Shown here piece by piece: positions 9,601-18,007 of a stretch of 64,000 nt of DNA (position 1 is the stretch's first letter; every line of letters starts with the position of its first letter). A model generated the notes under the pieces. That model saw only the letters and a program-made list of their open reading frames with translations. It ran no database searches and was not told the origin of the DNA. The stretch is taken from the IMG/VR virus record IMGVR_UViG_3300050132_000038, positions 124,001 to 188,000 of that record, one strand, 5' to 3'. A program made the translations under genes and the position numbers.

Positions 9601-9726
9601 GACGAAGTTATGGACGAGATACTAAAGCCGTGGAGAGATAAAGATATGCGGAACTTCCTGCAAAAGAAATTCCCACTTCTGAATGTGCTCAACTTGGATA
9701 AACAAATTGCGGAGGCAGTAGCATGA
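6643..9726 (+). CDS. polA: Family A DNA polymerase with 3'-5' exonuclease and an N-terminal UDG-like domain
   Basis: Exo motifs AVDTETR, FNGMFDLR, YGAKDV; Pol motifs RYDYSAHEVR, RDAVKAVVFGVLYG, SVHDA; start set at ATG 6643, downstream of the TGTAAATA motif. Confidence 0.92.
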   Translation: MLDSKFQFPFSEAAAGKRDPYDLVLKRCYNWDNSKRRILIVLQTVDGRDLKAEELLGDRSVKTAFHSSIDYTRKLAGAYKEDGVPEAAYAVLNYNGWRHLHMKGTAKHESEQAFAARINQAIKKLKPTHILVSGDQAMKSIFPQVENSEFKRGWVHNLTSGDLKFKVTSTLDFARLLEKGGEKANLLGFWCRHFSYLMLGKNPHDLSHIQSTPRYIDTLEKFDRLMQRFDDAEVCAVDTETRNLSVLHNKIYTIQMATNHNEEVGYVLAVDHPLCHWSVEDRKYIKKELRKRFSAKTGPELVTFNGMFDLRVIRRCLKIPIIWLKVWEIMYGEQSLDDNFVDLSSQGVKVGNLAAILCSYGDDFYYTKEGFSKADRSTTGTVDPRDKGFLQYGAKDVTCLLAMRKQQIAMASHITIGGKNFKPYFVRHMLHQMSDTAHQLSHLREDGSNVSRSYLKHLLSSESPLLAELKRTEGEFKVFKEVQQANKELLANSGFKAGSLFASASPSWMFSLGKSAHKQKLFVEILGLPALSKTKSGADQIDSNYIDFYKDKNKVVSLYGDHQKLSKLRSTYVKGFYKKITTNLDGATDDHLRADYEIVTTGRTSSKNPNLQNIVNRGPLAKIIKRMFVAPEGYLLIRYDYSAHEVRVWSIIANDKVLAETFKAGQKLRRAFIQDPSDANKKAIKEKGDVHILNVLRFFGQLVDKEHPLRDAVKAVVFGVLYGKGPEALGQDTKQGELSELKGKISALYNETLVSKDKKRIVEINRMLEELDLKLTALLEEDRSAYAQNIIDKMFNEFRAGAKWTERMSESAENEYQVYSPIGRRKYLPAALTKDRMIVAKQVRRGSNAPVQGMASEVGMKAGRLIFTEYYKNLKIFKEKLGITKKEWELRVPFNRSVHDANYYAVPYSMVIPFIHVLQYQATYGVTKAYKDEFNVDFTVEPEIELEVSARDDLSYKWDWALPNLVANLKKAVHDANELGVLVGTEDEVMDEILKPWRDKDMRNFLQKKFPLLNVLNLDKQIAEAVA

Positions 9727-9905
9727 TTAATACTATCACGGGTACTACGGTGGCCGCCTGGCTTGTAGGCAAGACTATAAAAGAAGTCACCAATAATGAC
9801 CAAGGTGACATACACATTGTCTTAACGGATGGATCTAGTTTCGAAGTAGGTTGCATAGGGGCTGTCCTGTACTACAGTCTGATTGTTAATGATGGTCCAG
9901 CATGA
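9723..9905 (+). CDS. Hypothetical protein
   Basis: ATGA coupling on both sides. Confidence 0.55.
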   Translation: MINTITGTTVAAWLVGKTIKEVTNNDQGDIHIVLTDGSSFEVGCIGAVLYYSLIVNDGPA

Positions 9906-10273
9906 GCGAACGCTACTCTCTCGATCGAGTTGGCGATGCTGAATGGGTTATGTTTGACCGAGAGAGACGGGGTACTCCGCATACGTACTTGCTGTTCCTT
10001 GTTCCCTTGGTTAAAGGCCCGTACAACTACCAACTGGTACTGACTGCCTACGATGCAGCCTCAGCCTCCAAAACCGCATTCCCCATTTTTACTGAGGAAC
10101 TGTTCTCCACCTTCTTCTATTCTGTACCGGAGGGTGTGGAGGACTTTGTATACTGTACGCATCAAGCACTACAAGACTTAGAGATCGATGACCCTATTGA
10201 CCTGCCTCACTTCCTCGGAGGTACGGTACGGTCTAGGGCTATCATGACTCCTGTAGTTCTAAACTCAAACTGA
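9902..10273 (+). CDS. Hypothetical protein
   Basis: 123 aa, coupled. Confidence 0.55.
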   Translation: MSERYSLDRVGDAEWVMFDRERRGTPHTYLLFLVPLVKGPYNYQLVLTAYDAASASKTAFPIFTEELFSTFFYSVPEGVEDFVYCTHQALQDLEIDDPIDLPHFLGGTVRSRAIMTPVVLNSN

Positions 10274-10298
10274 TGTACCCGACCCTAGAGGTTCTGCA

Positions 10299-10994
10299 AT
10301 GTCACTTATATACGGCTCGCTAGTTCTAGCAGCCACCACACCCGTTCAAGACTTTCCTGTCTTCCTTGACCCTAACACGCTTAAGGGTAGCCATGCTCTC
10401 CATCCATTCAAAGGTCAATACTTGTTATTGATTGATGGGGACTTTGAAGAACTGGAAGTCCCACTCCCCACCCGCAACAAGTACCTTACGGTTACGGTGT
10501 TATCTGAGTACGAGGAAGATAGAGTCCATCTGGTTAACTTCTGCGAAGACAAGCTGTTGGCAATTGACTCTATGTTTGAAGGCGCACGTCACCTCTACAA
10601 GATGCAGATGCTCATGGATGACATAGCTTATGATGAACCCTACACCATCTGTATCAACAATCAAAGCAACCACAGCTACTTCACGCTGCTCACTAACGGG
10701 CATACGCTATACGTCTACGGCATCTACGATACTGTAAATAGAAGTGTACGGTTAGTATGGACCAACGATCCTAAGTTCTTGGACAACACCAAGGAGGGTA
10801 CCCGTTATGTGTTCTATAGATACCCAGTGTTGAAGGATCGTCCTATGTTCATATACTCACAAGCAATCATTTCCAAGTGGGCTGAGTGGGTTAAGATATT
10901 CAATCAACCAGATGGTCTCCTACGATCTTTCAACGCCCTGGAACAGTTTTTATATAAGGACCCCACGGTCGCCAATCTAAGTATTCCGGGTTAG
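10299..10994 (+). CDS. Hypothetical protein
   Basis: 231 aa; GAGG RBS. Confidence 0.65.
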   Translation: MSLIYGSLVLAATTPVQDFPVFLDPNTLKGSHALHPFKGQYLLLIDGDFEELEVPLPTRNKYLTVTVLSEYEEDRVHLVNFCEDKLLAIDSMFEGARHLYKMQMLMDDIAYDEPYTICINNQSNHSYFTLLTNGHTLYVYGIYDTVNRSVRLVWTNDPKFLDNTKEGTRYVFYRYPVLKDRPMFIYSQAIISKWAEWVKIFNQPDGLLRSFNALEQFLYKDPTVANLSIPG

Positions 10995-10998
10995 TCTC

Positions 10999-12009
10999 AT
11001 GGATGCGGTCTTCAAACAGAAGAAGTTAGATTTCATAAAGACCCAGCTATCAACATATGGTGGAGAGAAGAAGGAGTACGGCGAACGAGTAATGATTCGC
11101 TGCCCATTCCACAATGATGGGACACCCAGCGGTTCTCTATCACTATCTCAAACGTGGCCCGGGTCGTTTCGTTGTTATGCGTGTGGGACCAAAGCTAGTT
11201 GGGACGAATTGGCACCTAAGCTCAATCTTCAACCCTTCAAGAGGGGTGAACCCAAAGAGGAGTTTGCGATTGACCTAGTGGCAGCCGCTACTCAGTACTT
11301 TGAGAGCAAAGAGAATTTCCGTCACGATAAATTCAAGTTCAGTCCCCTCCCGAAGAACAAGAAGTGGCGAGGCTTATCCACTAACCTCTTGATTGAGTTG
11401 GGTGGGCAGTTGTGTGTGAAGTGGAGTGACGAGTACCAGCACTGGAATTCCACAAAGTTCATACACCTTCCAGTTACTATTAACGACGAGCAGGTGGGAT
11501 TCTTTAGAGCACGGCTCAAGAAGGAAGCAGACCAGCCCTCGTATCTTAATGCAGCAGGTAAGTGGAGTCGTACACACGGTCTCTTTCCCTTCGACCATTC
11601 ACTGCAGCTTATGAAGGACATAGGCTCCAAGTCTATGGTCTTGGTAGAAGGTCAACGTGACGCCCTTCGCTTAGTATCTCATGGTATTCCGGCCATGTGT
11701 ATCTTCGGCACACAGAGTATAAGCATCAAGAAGATCGAACATCTGGAGCTGGCTGGTGTTAAGCGGTTAATAATTTTAATGGACGGGGACGAAGCAGGTA
11801 TAACTGCAACAGAGAAAATAAATGAGCTAGCACATACGATGTTTGATGTGCGTGTAGTAAAGTTGTGGAATATGAGGGGCTCTCCGTATCGTCAATTCGA
11901 GAATCACGATGACCCTACAAAGGCAGCTAAGGCCGCAGGCATGGAGCCCTGGGACCCCGGCTGTTGTCCTCAGCGTATCTTGGATAGAATCAAAGCGCAG
12001 TACTTTTAA
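10999..12009 (+). CDS. DNA primase (CHC2 zinc finger plus TOPRIM)
   Basis: CPFH...CYAC; LVEGQRDA; LMDGDEAG. Confidence 0.88.
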   Translation: MDAVFKQKKLDFIKTQLSTYGGEKKEYGERVMIRCPFHNDGTPSGSLSLSQTWPGSFRCYACGTKASWDELAPKLNLQPFKRGEPKEEFAIDLVAAATQYFESKENFRHDKFKFSPLPKNKKWRGLSTNLLIELGGQLCVKWSDEYQHWNSTKFIHLPVTINDEQVGFFRARLKKEADQPSYLNAAGKWSRTHGLFPFDHSLQLMKDIGSKSMVLVEGQRDALRLVSHGIPAMCIFGTQSISIKKIEHLELAGVKRLIILMDGDEAGITATEKINELAHTMFDVRVVKLWNMRGSPYRQFENHDDPTKAAKAAGMEPWDPGCCPQRILDRIKAQYF

Positions 12010-12032
12010 CCAGCCTTAATGAGGAGCATAGT

Positions 12033-12446
12033 ATGCTTGAAGCAGCATTAGTTAAATACGGAATCATCGGCCTAGCAGTTCTAGCCCTAGTTGGAGCGGC
12101 CTCGGTGTTAGCGTACAACCACGGATACTCCACAGGCTACAAGAGTGGATGGGATGCACAGCAAAAGACAATCGACAAGATGGTTACTGACGAGAACACT
12201 CAGCGCACTGCACAGAATACGGCTATCACTAGCCTGGAGCAGTCCGCTGCCAAAGCAGCCGGTGATGCATTCGCAGCTAAAGCAAAGGCAGCCTTGGTAA
12301 CGACCCAGATCATCACGCAATACAAAACCAAGTATGTGAAGATCGCAGCCTCGTGTGGTTGGTCGATTCCCACAGTTCAAACTATCAACAGCGTGCTCAA
12401 CGCTAATTCACTTGCACAACCAGCAATCGTAGGAGAAGCACAATGA
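12033..12446 (+). CDS. Inner-membrane spanin (Rz-like)
   Basis: N-terminal TM helix plus periplasmic coiled coil; coupled to a lipoprotein gene. Confidence 0.75.
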   Translation: MLEAALVKYGIIGLAVLALVGAASVLAYNHGYSTGYKSGWDAQQKTIDKMVTDENTQRTAQNTAITSLEQSAAKAAGDAFAAKAKAALVTTQIITQYKTKYVKIAASCGWSIPTVQTINSVLNANSLAQPAIVGEAQ

Positions 12447-12781
12447 AAAAGCTAATCATCATTTCATCCTTAGTGTTTTCTGGATGTGCTATTGCTCCGA
12501 AGAACTTACCGAAGCCCCTACCGCTTGTGCACCAAGACCAGACGGTAGTTATTCCTCCGTCACTCCTTGTAGACTGTACTCCATTGACACAACTTGATCC
12601 AACACACACCTACTCGCAAGGTGACTCAGTTACTGTGGCCTCGACGTGGGCAGCAGAACACCAAGACTGTATGCTCCGTTTCCAGAAGCTCCGTGATATA
12701 ACGGCCAAGGCGTTTAATATCAGCATCGACGGGCCTGGAAATACGGTTATTCCGGCGTCTTCGGTGGCAGCTTCAAAGTAG
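12443..12781 (+). CDS. Outer-membrane spanin lipoprotein (Rz1-like)
   Basis: MKK-hydrophobic-FSGC lipobox; Pro-rich mature region. Confidence 0.75.
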   Translation: MKKLIIISSLVFSGCAIAPKNLPKPLPLVHQDQTVVIPPSLLVDCTPLTQLDPTHTYSQGDSVTVASTWAAEHQDCMLRFQKLRDITAKAFNISIDGPGNTVIPASSVAASK

Positions 12782-12851
12782 ATTTACTCCTGTAAATAAC
12801 TAGTGTAGATACAAAGAATAACCCTTCCCAAATTTTCTGTAGAGGATCCTC

Positions 12852-14042
12852 ATGAGTATTTCTAACCTGCTCTCTCTGTTAACCCCCGGCGCTGTGTTTC
12901 TCAACGAGAAAGGCCGCACCGTAAAGTTTTTGATGTTGACCAATATGGACCTTCCGGCAAAGGTTCAGGTTAAGCACCCACCGCAAGTTGTGTATGCAGA
13001 CGACCAAGGTAACTTCTACAATCGTGACGTGGATAACTTCCTGGAATACTACAAGTTCTACAACGTTGATCCGGAATTGGAAGCACGTATTGAAAACCTG
13101 TTGGTGTTCAACGAGGACGACACGGATGAAGTGGAAGAGCCTGCAGAAGGTGAACCGCTGATTCAACTTACTGCAAAGGGGCTGGCAGAGATAGACGCAT
13201 TTGACGCTCGAGATCAGGCGCGTGCCGAACGCTTTGCCGATAAAGTTCAGCAGAGTAATGTTCCGCAAGCTACAACGATTCTTGCCCAAGCCCTGTCTGT
13301 CGAAACGGACGACGGCCTGTTGCTCCCACCGGAGAAAGTAACGGCTACAAAGAAGAAGTCGCCGTTGAAGGTTGAGTTCAGCACAATGAGCAGCACGGAG
13401 CGCACGGTTCCTCTGGTTCTCGATCCGGCCCAGCTTACTGCCTCACTGGTTGCGTATTCGCAGTACCCGGATACTGTACAGAGCATGATTATGCATCGCC
13501 TTACGTTTGCCCTCAGCGAGCAGGTAACTATCAAGGCGTTGCAAGACCTGTTCCAGCCTAACGATCCCGCTAAAGCACAGCGTCACACGATGGACATTGT
13601 GGACGTACACACGACATTGACAGAAGACCGTATTGTTTGGACTTCATACGTTGGTGTATTCCCTGAGTTCCGTATCGATGGTTTGTACGCCACGGTGATC
13701 CTGGGTACGGATGAATTCCGTGATGCAGAACCTGTAGACGAGCTGGCTGGTGACATCACTGATGCGAGCGATTTTATCGCAGCGCTCCGAGCAGAAGCAC
13801 CTGCGGTAGAATTGGACTCAGACCTCCGGGATGCAACCCAACGTGTTATGGACAGCATGAGTACTCAGGTGCAAGGCACGACTATCCATATCAACCCGGA
13901 CAACTTGGTTAGCCAGAATACTACAGCGCAGTTCAATACGGATAGTCTGACCCAGGAGCAGCGGGATACCGTTATTCAGATGACTCCCTCGTCCGAGCAG
14001 TTGTTCGATCAAAGTGGTACGGATGTTCCCGGTGCTCTGTAA
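12852..14042 (+). CDS. Acidic hypothetical protein with N-terminal DUF1653-like domain
   Basis: FLNEKGRTVKFLMLTN...HPPQVVY...FYNRDVDNF resembles the 2998..3198 peptide. Confidence 0.65.
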   Translation: MSISNLLSLLTPGAVFLNEKGRTVKFLMLTNMDLPAKVQVKHPPQVVYADDQGNFYNRDVDNFLEYYKFYNVDPELEARIENLLVFNEDDTDEVEEPAEGEPLIQLTAKGLAEIDAFDARDQARAERFADKVQQSNVPQATTILAQALSVETDDGLLLPPEKVTATKKKSPLKVEFSTMSSTERTVPLVLDPAQLTASLVAYSQYPDTVQSMIMHRLTFALSEQVTIKALQDLFQPNDPAKAQRHTMDIVDVHTTLTEDRIVWTSYVGVFPEFRIDGLYATVILGTDEFRDAEPVDELAGDITDASDFIAALRAEAPAVELDSDLRDATQRVMDSMSTQVQGTTIHINPDNLVSQNTTAQFNTDSLTQEQRDTVIQMTPSSEQLFDQSGTDVPGAL

Positions 14043-14075
14043 AGAAACCACTGGTTAAGACTTAAGTAGTATATG

Positions 14076-14115
14076 AGCCCACCTGAGCTAACTAACGGCT
14101 GGGTGGGCTTTTTTT
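14076..14115 (+). terminator. Rho-independent terminator
   Basis: AGCCCACC/GGTGGGCT stem plus T7. Confidence 0.85.
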
Positions 14116-14152
14116 CATTCCGCCCACCTAGCATCATTGAGGATTTAAGATT

Positions 14153-15178
14153 ATGGAGAAGGGACAGTATGCCATCGGGTTAGCCCGGTCAAACGAAGGT
14201 AAAGCAAAACCCTTCTTATTCAAAGTAACAGGACAGCATAAAGGTATCGTCTCTGGGTTTCTTACTAAGGACTCACACATATCAAGTCTCAAGTCTAGTG
14301 TAGAAGTTCCTATCAAAGACGTTATCATCAACCTTGGTGCAGAACCCTACCCTGGTAAAGTCCATGGCTGTGACTTGAACAACCTGTACACGGGGAAGAA
14401 GCTCCACACTCACTTCGGACAGATTCACTTCTTCTACAAGCCTGCTCCTGAGGTAGGTCAGAACCTCTTCGCTGCACTAGATAAAGTGTACAAGGTGTTA
14501 AAGCAGAATCGGTTAGAGTTCGTCGTCCAGCCTGATACCTGCATGTGGGAAGTGCTACCCTTCCACGGAGAGAAATACGCTGGTATGTACTGTCGATCCA
14601 AGAAGCCGGAGACTAGTCCCCATCGTCTCCAGATTCGCCCGGAGATCATGCCGTCCTCTGACTACCCATACGTTATCTACCATGAGCTCGCGCACCACCT
14701 CCACAAAGAGTTTGCTACAGGTTCCAAGCTTCAAGCCGCATGGATTCAACTATACAGCTCTACCATCAAGGTATCGTCAATCCGTAAGGATCAGTCCACT
14801 GAGATGCTTGAGGCATTGCTTACTCAGGAAGATCCCCCGTCTGCATATAAGAGTGTGCTGAGCGAGGAAGACGCTCAGATCTACAAACTAATATTGAAGA
14901 ACATTCAACAGAATCACCAGATCTCAGTTAAAGAATTGGACCTACTGTTTGAAGCTGACTACCGTGATGACATTCGCAGCGTGTGGCCGACCCGTGGCAT
15001 TGCTAAGAAGGACTTAGCTCCTGTAGTAAGTGAGTACGCCTTGACCAAGTGGACTGAACTTGTGGCAGAGAGCGTGGCCTACAGGCTTACGGGTAAGAAG
15101 CTGCCCAAGGAAGTTGAAGCACTTGTGGACAAGACATTCTCGTATGCCAGATCCAATCACGAGAAGCGGAGCAACTAA
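14153..15178 (+). CDS. Putative zincin-like metallopeptidase
   Basis: HELAH (HExxH) plus distal SEYA...ELVAES. Confidence 0.6.
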   Translation: MEKGQYAIGLARSNEGKAKPFLFKVTGQHKGIVSGFLTKDSHISSLKSSVEVPIKDVIINLGAEPYPGKVHGCDLNNLYTGKKLHTHFGQIHFFYKPAPEVGQNLFAALDKVYKVLKQNRLEFVVQPDTCMWEVLPFHGEKYAGMYCRSKKPETSPHRLQIRPEIMPSSDYPYVIYHELAHHLHKEFATGSKLQAAWIQLYSSTIKVSSIRKDQSTEMLEALLTQEDPPSAYKSVLSEEDAQIYKLILKNIQQNHQISVKELDLLFEADYRDDIRSVWPTRGIAKKDLAPVVSEYALTKWTELVAESVAYRLTGKKLPKEVEALVDKTFSYARSNHEKRSN

Positions 15179-15513
15179 TGTTCCTCGATAGACTTACTGA
15201 CGCAGGGATCATGATTCACGGGGATGGGTCAAAGGTTAGCGATCGTGTGCAGAGCATTGCGGATTCCACCGTATCGCTACTCCCTAAGATGGGTTCAGCT
15301 ATGATGGTCTCGGTCAATAAGAGTACCCTCCAGCTATTCTGGCAATCACGAGATAGGTCTATGCAGGTGTTGATTGATAGCGCCCTTAGGGTAGCCGTGA
15401 AGGTTAGTGACGGGACTATCAATCGCACTCATTATTGTGCAGGCGAGTCTAGTGCTCTGGGTGCATGCCTGGAGAAGGGGCTAACCATCTATCGAACTGT
15501 AAATAGGGTGTAG
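15178..15513 (+). CDS. Hypothetical protein
   Basis: TAATG coupling; 111 aa. Confidence 0.55.
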   Translation: MFLDRLTDAGIMIHGDGSKVSDRVQSIADSTVSLLPKMGSAMMVSVNKSTLQLFWQSRDRSMQVLIDSALRVAVKVSDGTINRTHYCAGESSALGACLEKGLTIYRTVNRV

Positions 15514-15529
15514 TTAAGGAGAATTAATT

Positions 15530-16024
15530 ATGGAACAACAGGGCCTCGGCAAGATCACCAAACAGATTTATCGGTCAACGAAGACGTACGGCCACAACGA
15601 AGGTCTCTCCTGCGCCTTCCGTCAGTGGCGTGCAACTCATTCGCACTGTAGCCTCATCCATGGCTATGCCTTGTCATTCAAATTCGTGTTCGCATGTTCT
15701 GTCCTGGATGAGCGCCATTGGGTTCAGGACTTTGGCGCACTAGCTGAACTTAAGGACGGGCTGAAGCAGCACTTCGATCACAAGACAGTAGTTGCGATGG
15801 ACGATCCTCTCCTAGACTCTTTCGAGGAGATGGAGCGTCTGGGACTACTGCGCTTAACCATCCTTCACTCCGTAGGATGTGAGGAGTTTGCCCAATTTGG
15901 ATGGCAACTAGCCAATGCCTTAGTTACTAAAGCTCATCCAGACGGCCGGGTGTGGGTGGAATCCTGTGAAGTTGCAGAGCACGGTGCCAATTCAGCTATC
16001 TATACGGTGGAGCCAGTATTGTAA
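15530..16024 (+). CDS. queD: 6-carboxy-5,6,7,8-tetrahydropterin synthase
   Basis: SHCSLIHGY, DFG, FDHK, GCE, EHGANSA motifs. Confidence 0.9.
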   Translation: MEQQGLGKITKQIYRSTKTYGHNEGLSCAFRQWRATHSHCSLIHGYALSFKFVFACSVLDERHWVQDFGALAELKDGLKQHFDHKTVVAMDDPLLDSFEEMERLGLLRLTILHSVGCEEFAQFGWQLANALVTKAHPDGRVWVESCEVAEHGANSAIYTVEPVL

Positions 16025-16707
16025 TGCGTAAGACAATTGTTTTGATCCAGGGCTTGCCTGGATCTGGTAAGACCACGCTTGCAGATATTCTGTCGGAGAA
16101 GACGGGTGGGGCTCGTGTTAATGCCGACTACGTGCGTAACAATGTCAACACTGATCTGGGATTTTCTCCAGAGGATCGTATTACCCAAGCACATCGCATG
16201 GGGAAGATTGCTAACATTGCACTATCAGGGGCAAACGATTTAGCCATCGTAGACTTTGTGTGCCCCACACCTGCTACACGTAAAGCGTTCAAGCAGGCAA
16301 CCGACTATCGCATCTTCAATGTATGGATGGACACTATTCAAATCGGTCGCTTTGAGGATACCAATAAGCTTTACGTAGGTCCCCAAGACGTGGACTACAA
16401 GGTTGAGATCTATCTGTCGGAAGAGGGCTTCCACAAGATCGCTGAGGACATAGCGTTTCAACTTGCCCTTGCTAGTAATCGAAAGACTAAACGCTATTAC
16501 CTGCGTTACAACACCTTGGTAGGGGACACTGATCTTCGCTGGCGAGTTATAGACGCTGACACCAAAGAGGAGCAGTTAGCAAAGAGCTTTAGAGTGGACG
16601 GCCTTACACTATTCCCCGCATCTTCAATAGAGCATGGGGTAGTCAAGTGGAATGTGGCAGTTGATGGTCAAGCTGTCTGGACTGATAACTCTGTATTTTT
16701 CAAGTGA
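16024..16707 (+). CDS. Adenylylsulfate (APS) kinase-like P-loop kinase with extra C-terminal domain
   Basis: GLPGSGKTT; NADYVR...DLGFSPEDR (APS kinase signature region); VDFVCP. Confidence 0.75.
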   Translation: MRKTIVLIQGLPGSGKTTLADILSEKTGGARVNADYVRNNVNTDLGFSPEDRITQAHRMGKIANIALSGANDLAIVDFVCPTPATRKAFKQATDYRIFNVWMDTIQIGRFEDTNKLYVGPQDVDYKVEIYLSEEGFHKIAEDIAFQLALASNRKTKRYYLRYNTLVGDTDLRWRVIDADTKEEQLAKSFRVDGLTLFPASSIEHGVVKWNVAVDGQAVWTDNSVFFK

Positions 16708-17546
16708 CCATGAAAATTCATATCGTTAGTCTACAACGCTCAGGCTCTAAGAGTCTGTACAACTCTATCCACAGTGCACTAAATAAGCCCCTCACATTCT
16801 CTAACGGAGACTCGTTGGGCGAGTATCTGCACTGCTGGTCGGAGTACGGCTACAAGTTTAGCTTTAGCGCTACGAAACCCTTCGATCCTACGGCCTGCAT
16901 ACTGTTTAGGACTCACCCAGAGTTTGGGGGCTACGTGGGTTCCAATTTCACGCCTGCCTACCATCAAGGTGTGCTCAGTTGGAAACCCACAGATTACAAA
17001 GAAGTCCTTAGCTACGCAGACATAGAGCACCGCCTAAAGGCGATCCACCTTAGCCGTAGTTTGGTGGTAAAGACCCAGCTTGCCTCACTCCTCGAGGAGT
17101 TCGACCCTGCACAGCGTGTATGTATTAAGAATGCCGTGTTGGATCCGAGCCTATTCAACCGAACCATATTCTTGGTTCCTGATGATCTCGAACGCTGGCT
17201 ATGCTCGAATTATCTGTGCGACCATTCAGGCGTGTTTGTACAGTGCAAGTCTCAGGCGGAGGCAGCGGCTGCTTTCAAGGCAACCCCTGTTACGATTCCC
17301 ACTGAATACTTAGACTTGTTGAGCTCTAGGTATCGAGTACATAAAAATCTTGCGTGTGGGGCTGATGGGTTAGTAATCCACACGTCTGCCCTTACTAGTG
17401 AAAGTACCCGTACGCTACTTGAGTTTACTCTCGGTATAAAAGTACACGTTAAAGACGAAAAGGAATTCTCCGCCTTTGACTACTCAACCATGATTAAGAA
17501 TTACGACGGGGTTATCCATGCGGCAGATCAGTTACGACGAGCTTAA
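16704..17546 (+). CDS. Sulfotransferase-like protein (Stf0-type P-loop fold)
   Basis: N-terminal IVSLQRSGSKSL 5'-PSB-like loop; GEY; VVK; IFL..D.L...S; C-terminal Y...IKNYD. Confidence 0.55.
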   Translation: MTMKIHIVSLQRSGSKSLYNSIHSALNKPLTFSNGDSLGEYLHCWSEYGYKFSFSATKPFDPTACILFRTHPEFGGYVGSNFTPAYHQGVLSWKPTDYKEVLSYADIEHRLKAIHLSRSLVVKTQLASLLEEFDPAQRVCIKNAVLDPSLFNRTIFLVPDDLERWLCSNYLCDHSGVFVQCKSQAEAAAAFKATPVTIPTEYLDLLSSRYRVHKNLACGADGLVIHTSALTSESTRTLLEFTLGIKVHVKDEKEFSAFDYSTMIKNYDGVIHAADQLRRA

Positions 17547-18003
17547 GATCATTGCGAAGAACGTGGCAAAGAGTATTTCTACGAAGGGCGGTACTTATAG
17601 GCTAGTAGCAGTAGCTCGTGGTGGACTAACCTTTGCCCAACTAGTGTCCTACTACTTGTCAAAGCCCCTAGAATTCTTTATCCCCGCATACTCAGAGATG
17701 ACTGGTAGTGACTATTGGGAAATGTACACCCACTTCATTTTTCTTGAGGACGTCATTGCAGAAGGTCGTACCTTCCGTATCATCGACGACTATGTTACCC
17801 GCCAGGGGTTACCTAGCTGGGAAATGATACCTGTGGTCCTGGATAGTAACGCCCCTGCCGATATACAGGACCGTGTAAATACATATGGAATGAAGACGTC
17901 CGACTGGATTGTGTTTCCCCATGAAGACGTTGCACACACAGTTGAAGGCGATCGTGGATTGTTCCGCGCTGGCACGTCTGCAAATTCCAACCCTATCATT
18001 TAA
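17518..18003 (+). CDS. Type I phosphoribosyltransferase (Gpt/Hpt-like)
   Basis: VAVARGGL; PRPP loop FIFLEDVIAEGRT; C-terminal WIVFPHE. Confidence 0.8.
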   Translation: MRQISYDELKIIAKNVAKSISTKGGTYRLVAVARGGLTFAQLVSYYLSKPLEFFIPAYSEMTGSDYWEMYTHFIFLEDVIAEGRTFRIIDDYVTRQGLPSWEMIPVVLDSNAPADIQDRVNTYGMKTSDWIVFPHEDVAHTVEGDRGLFRAGTSANSNPII

Positions 18004-18007
18004 GACC

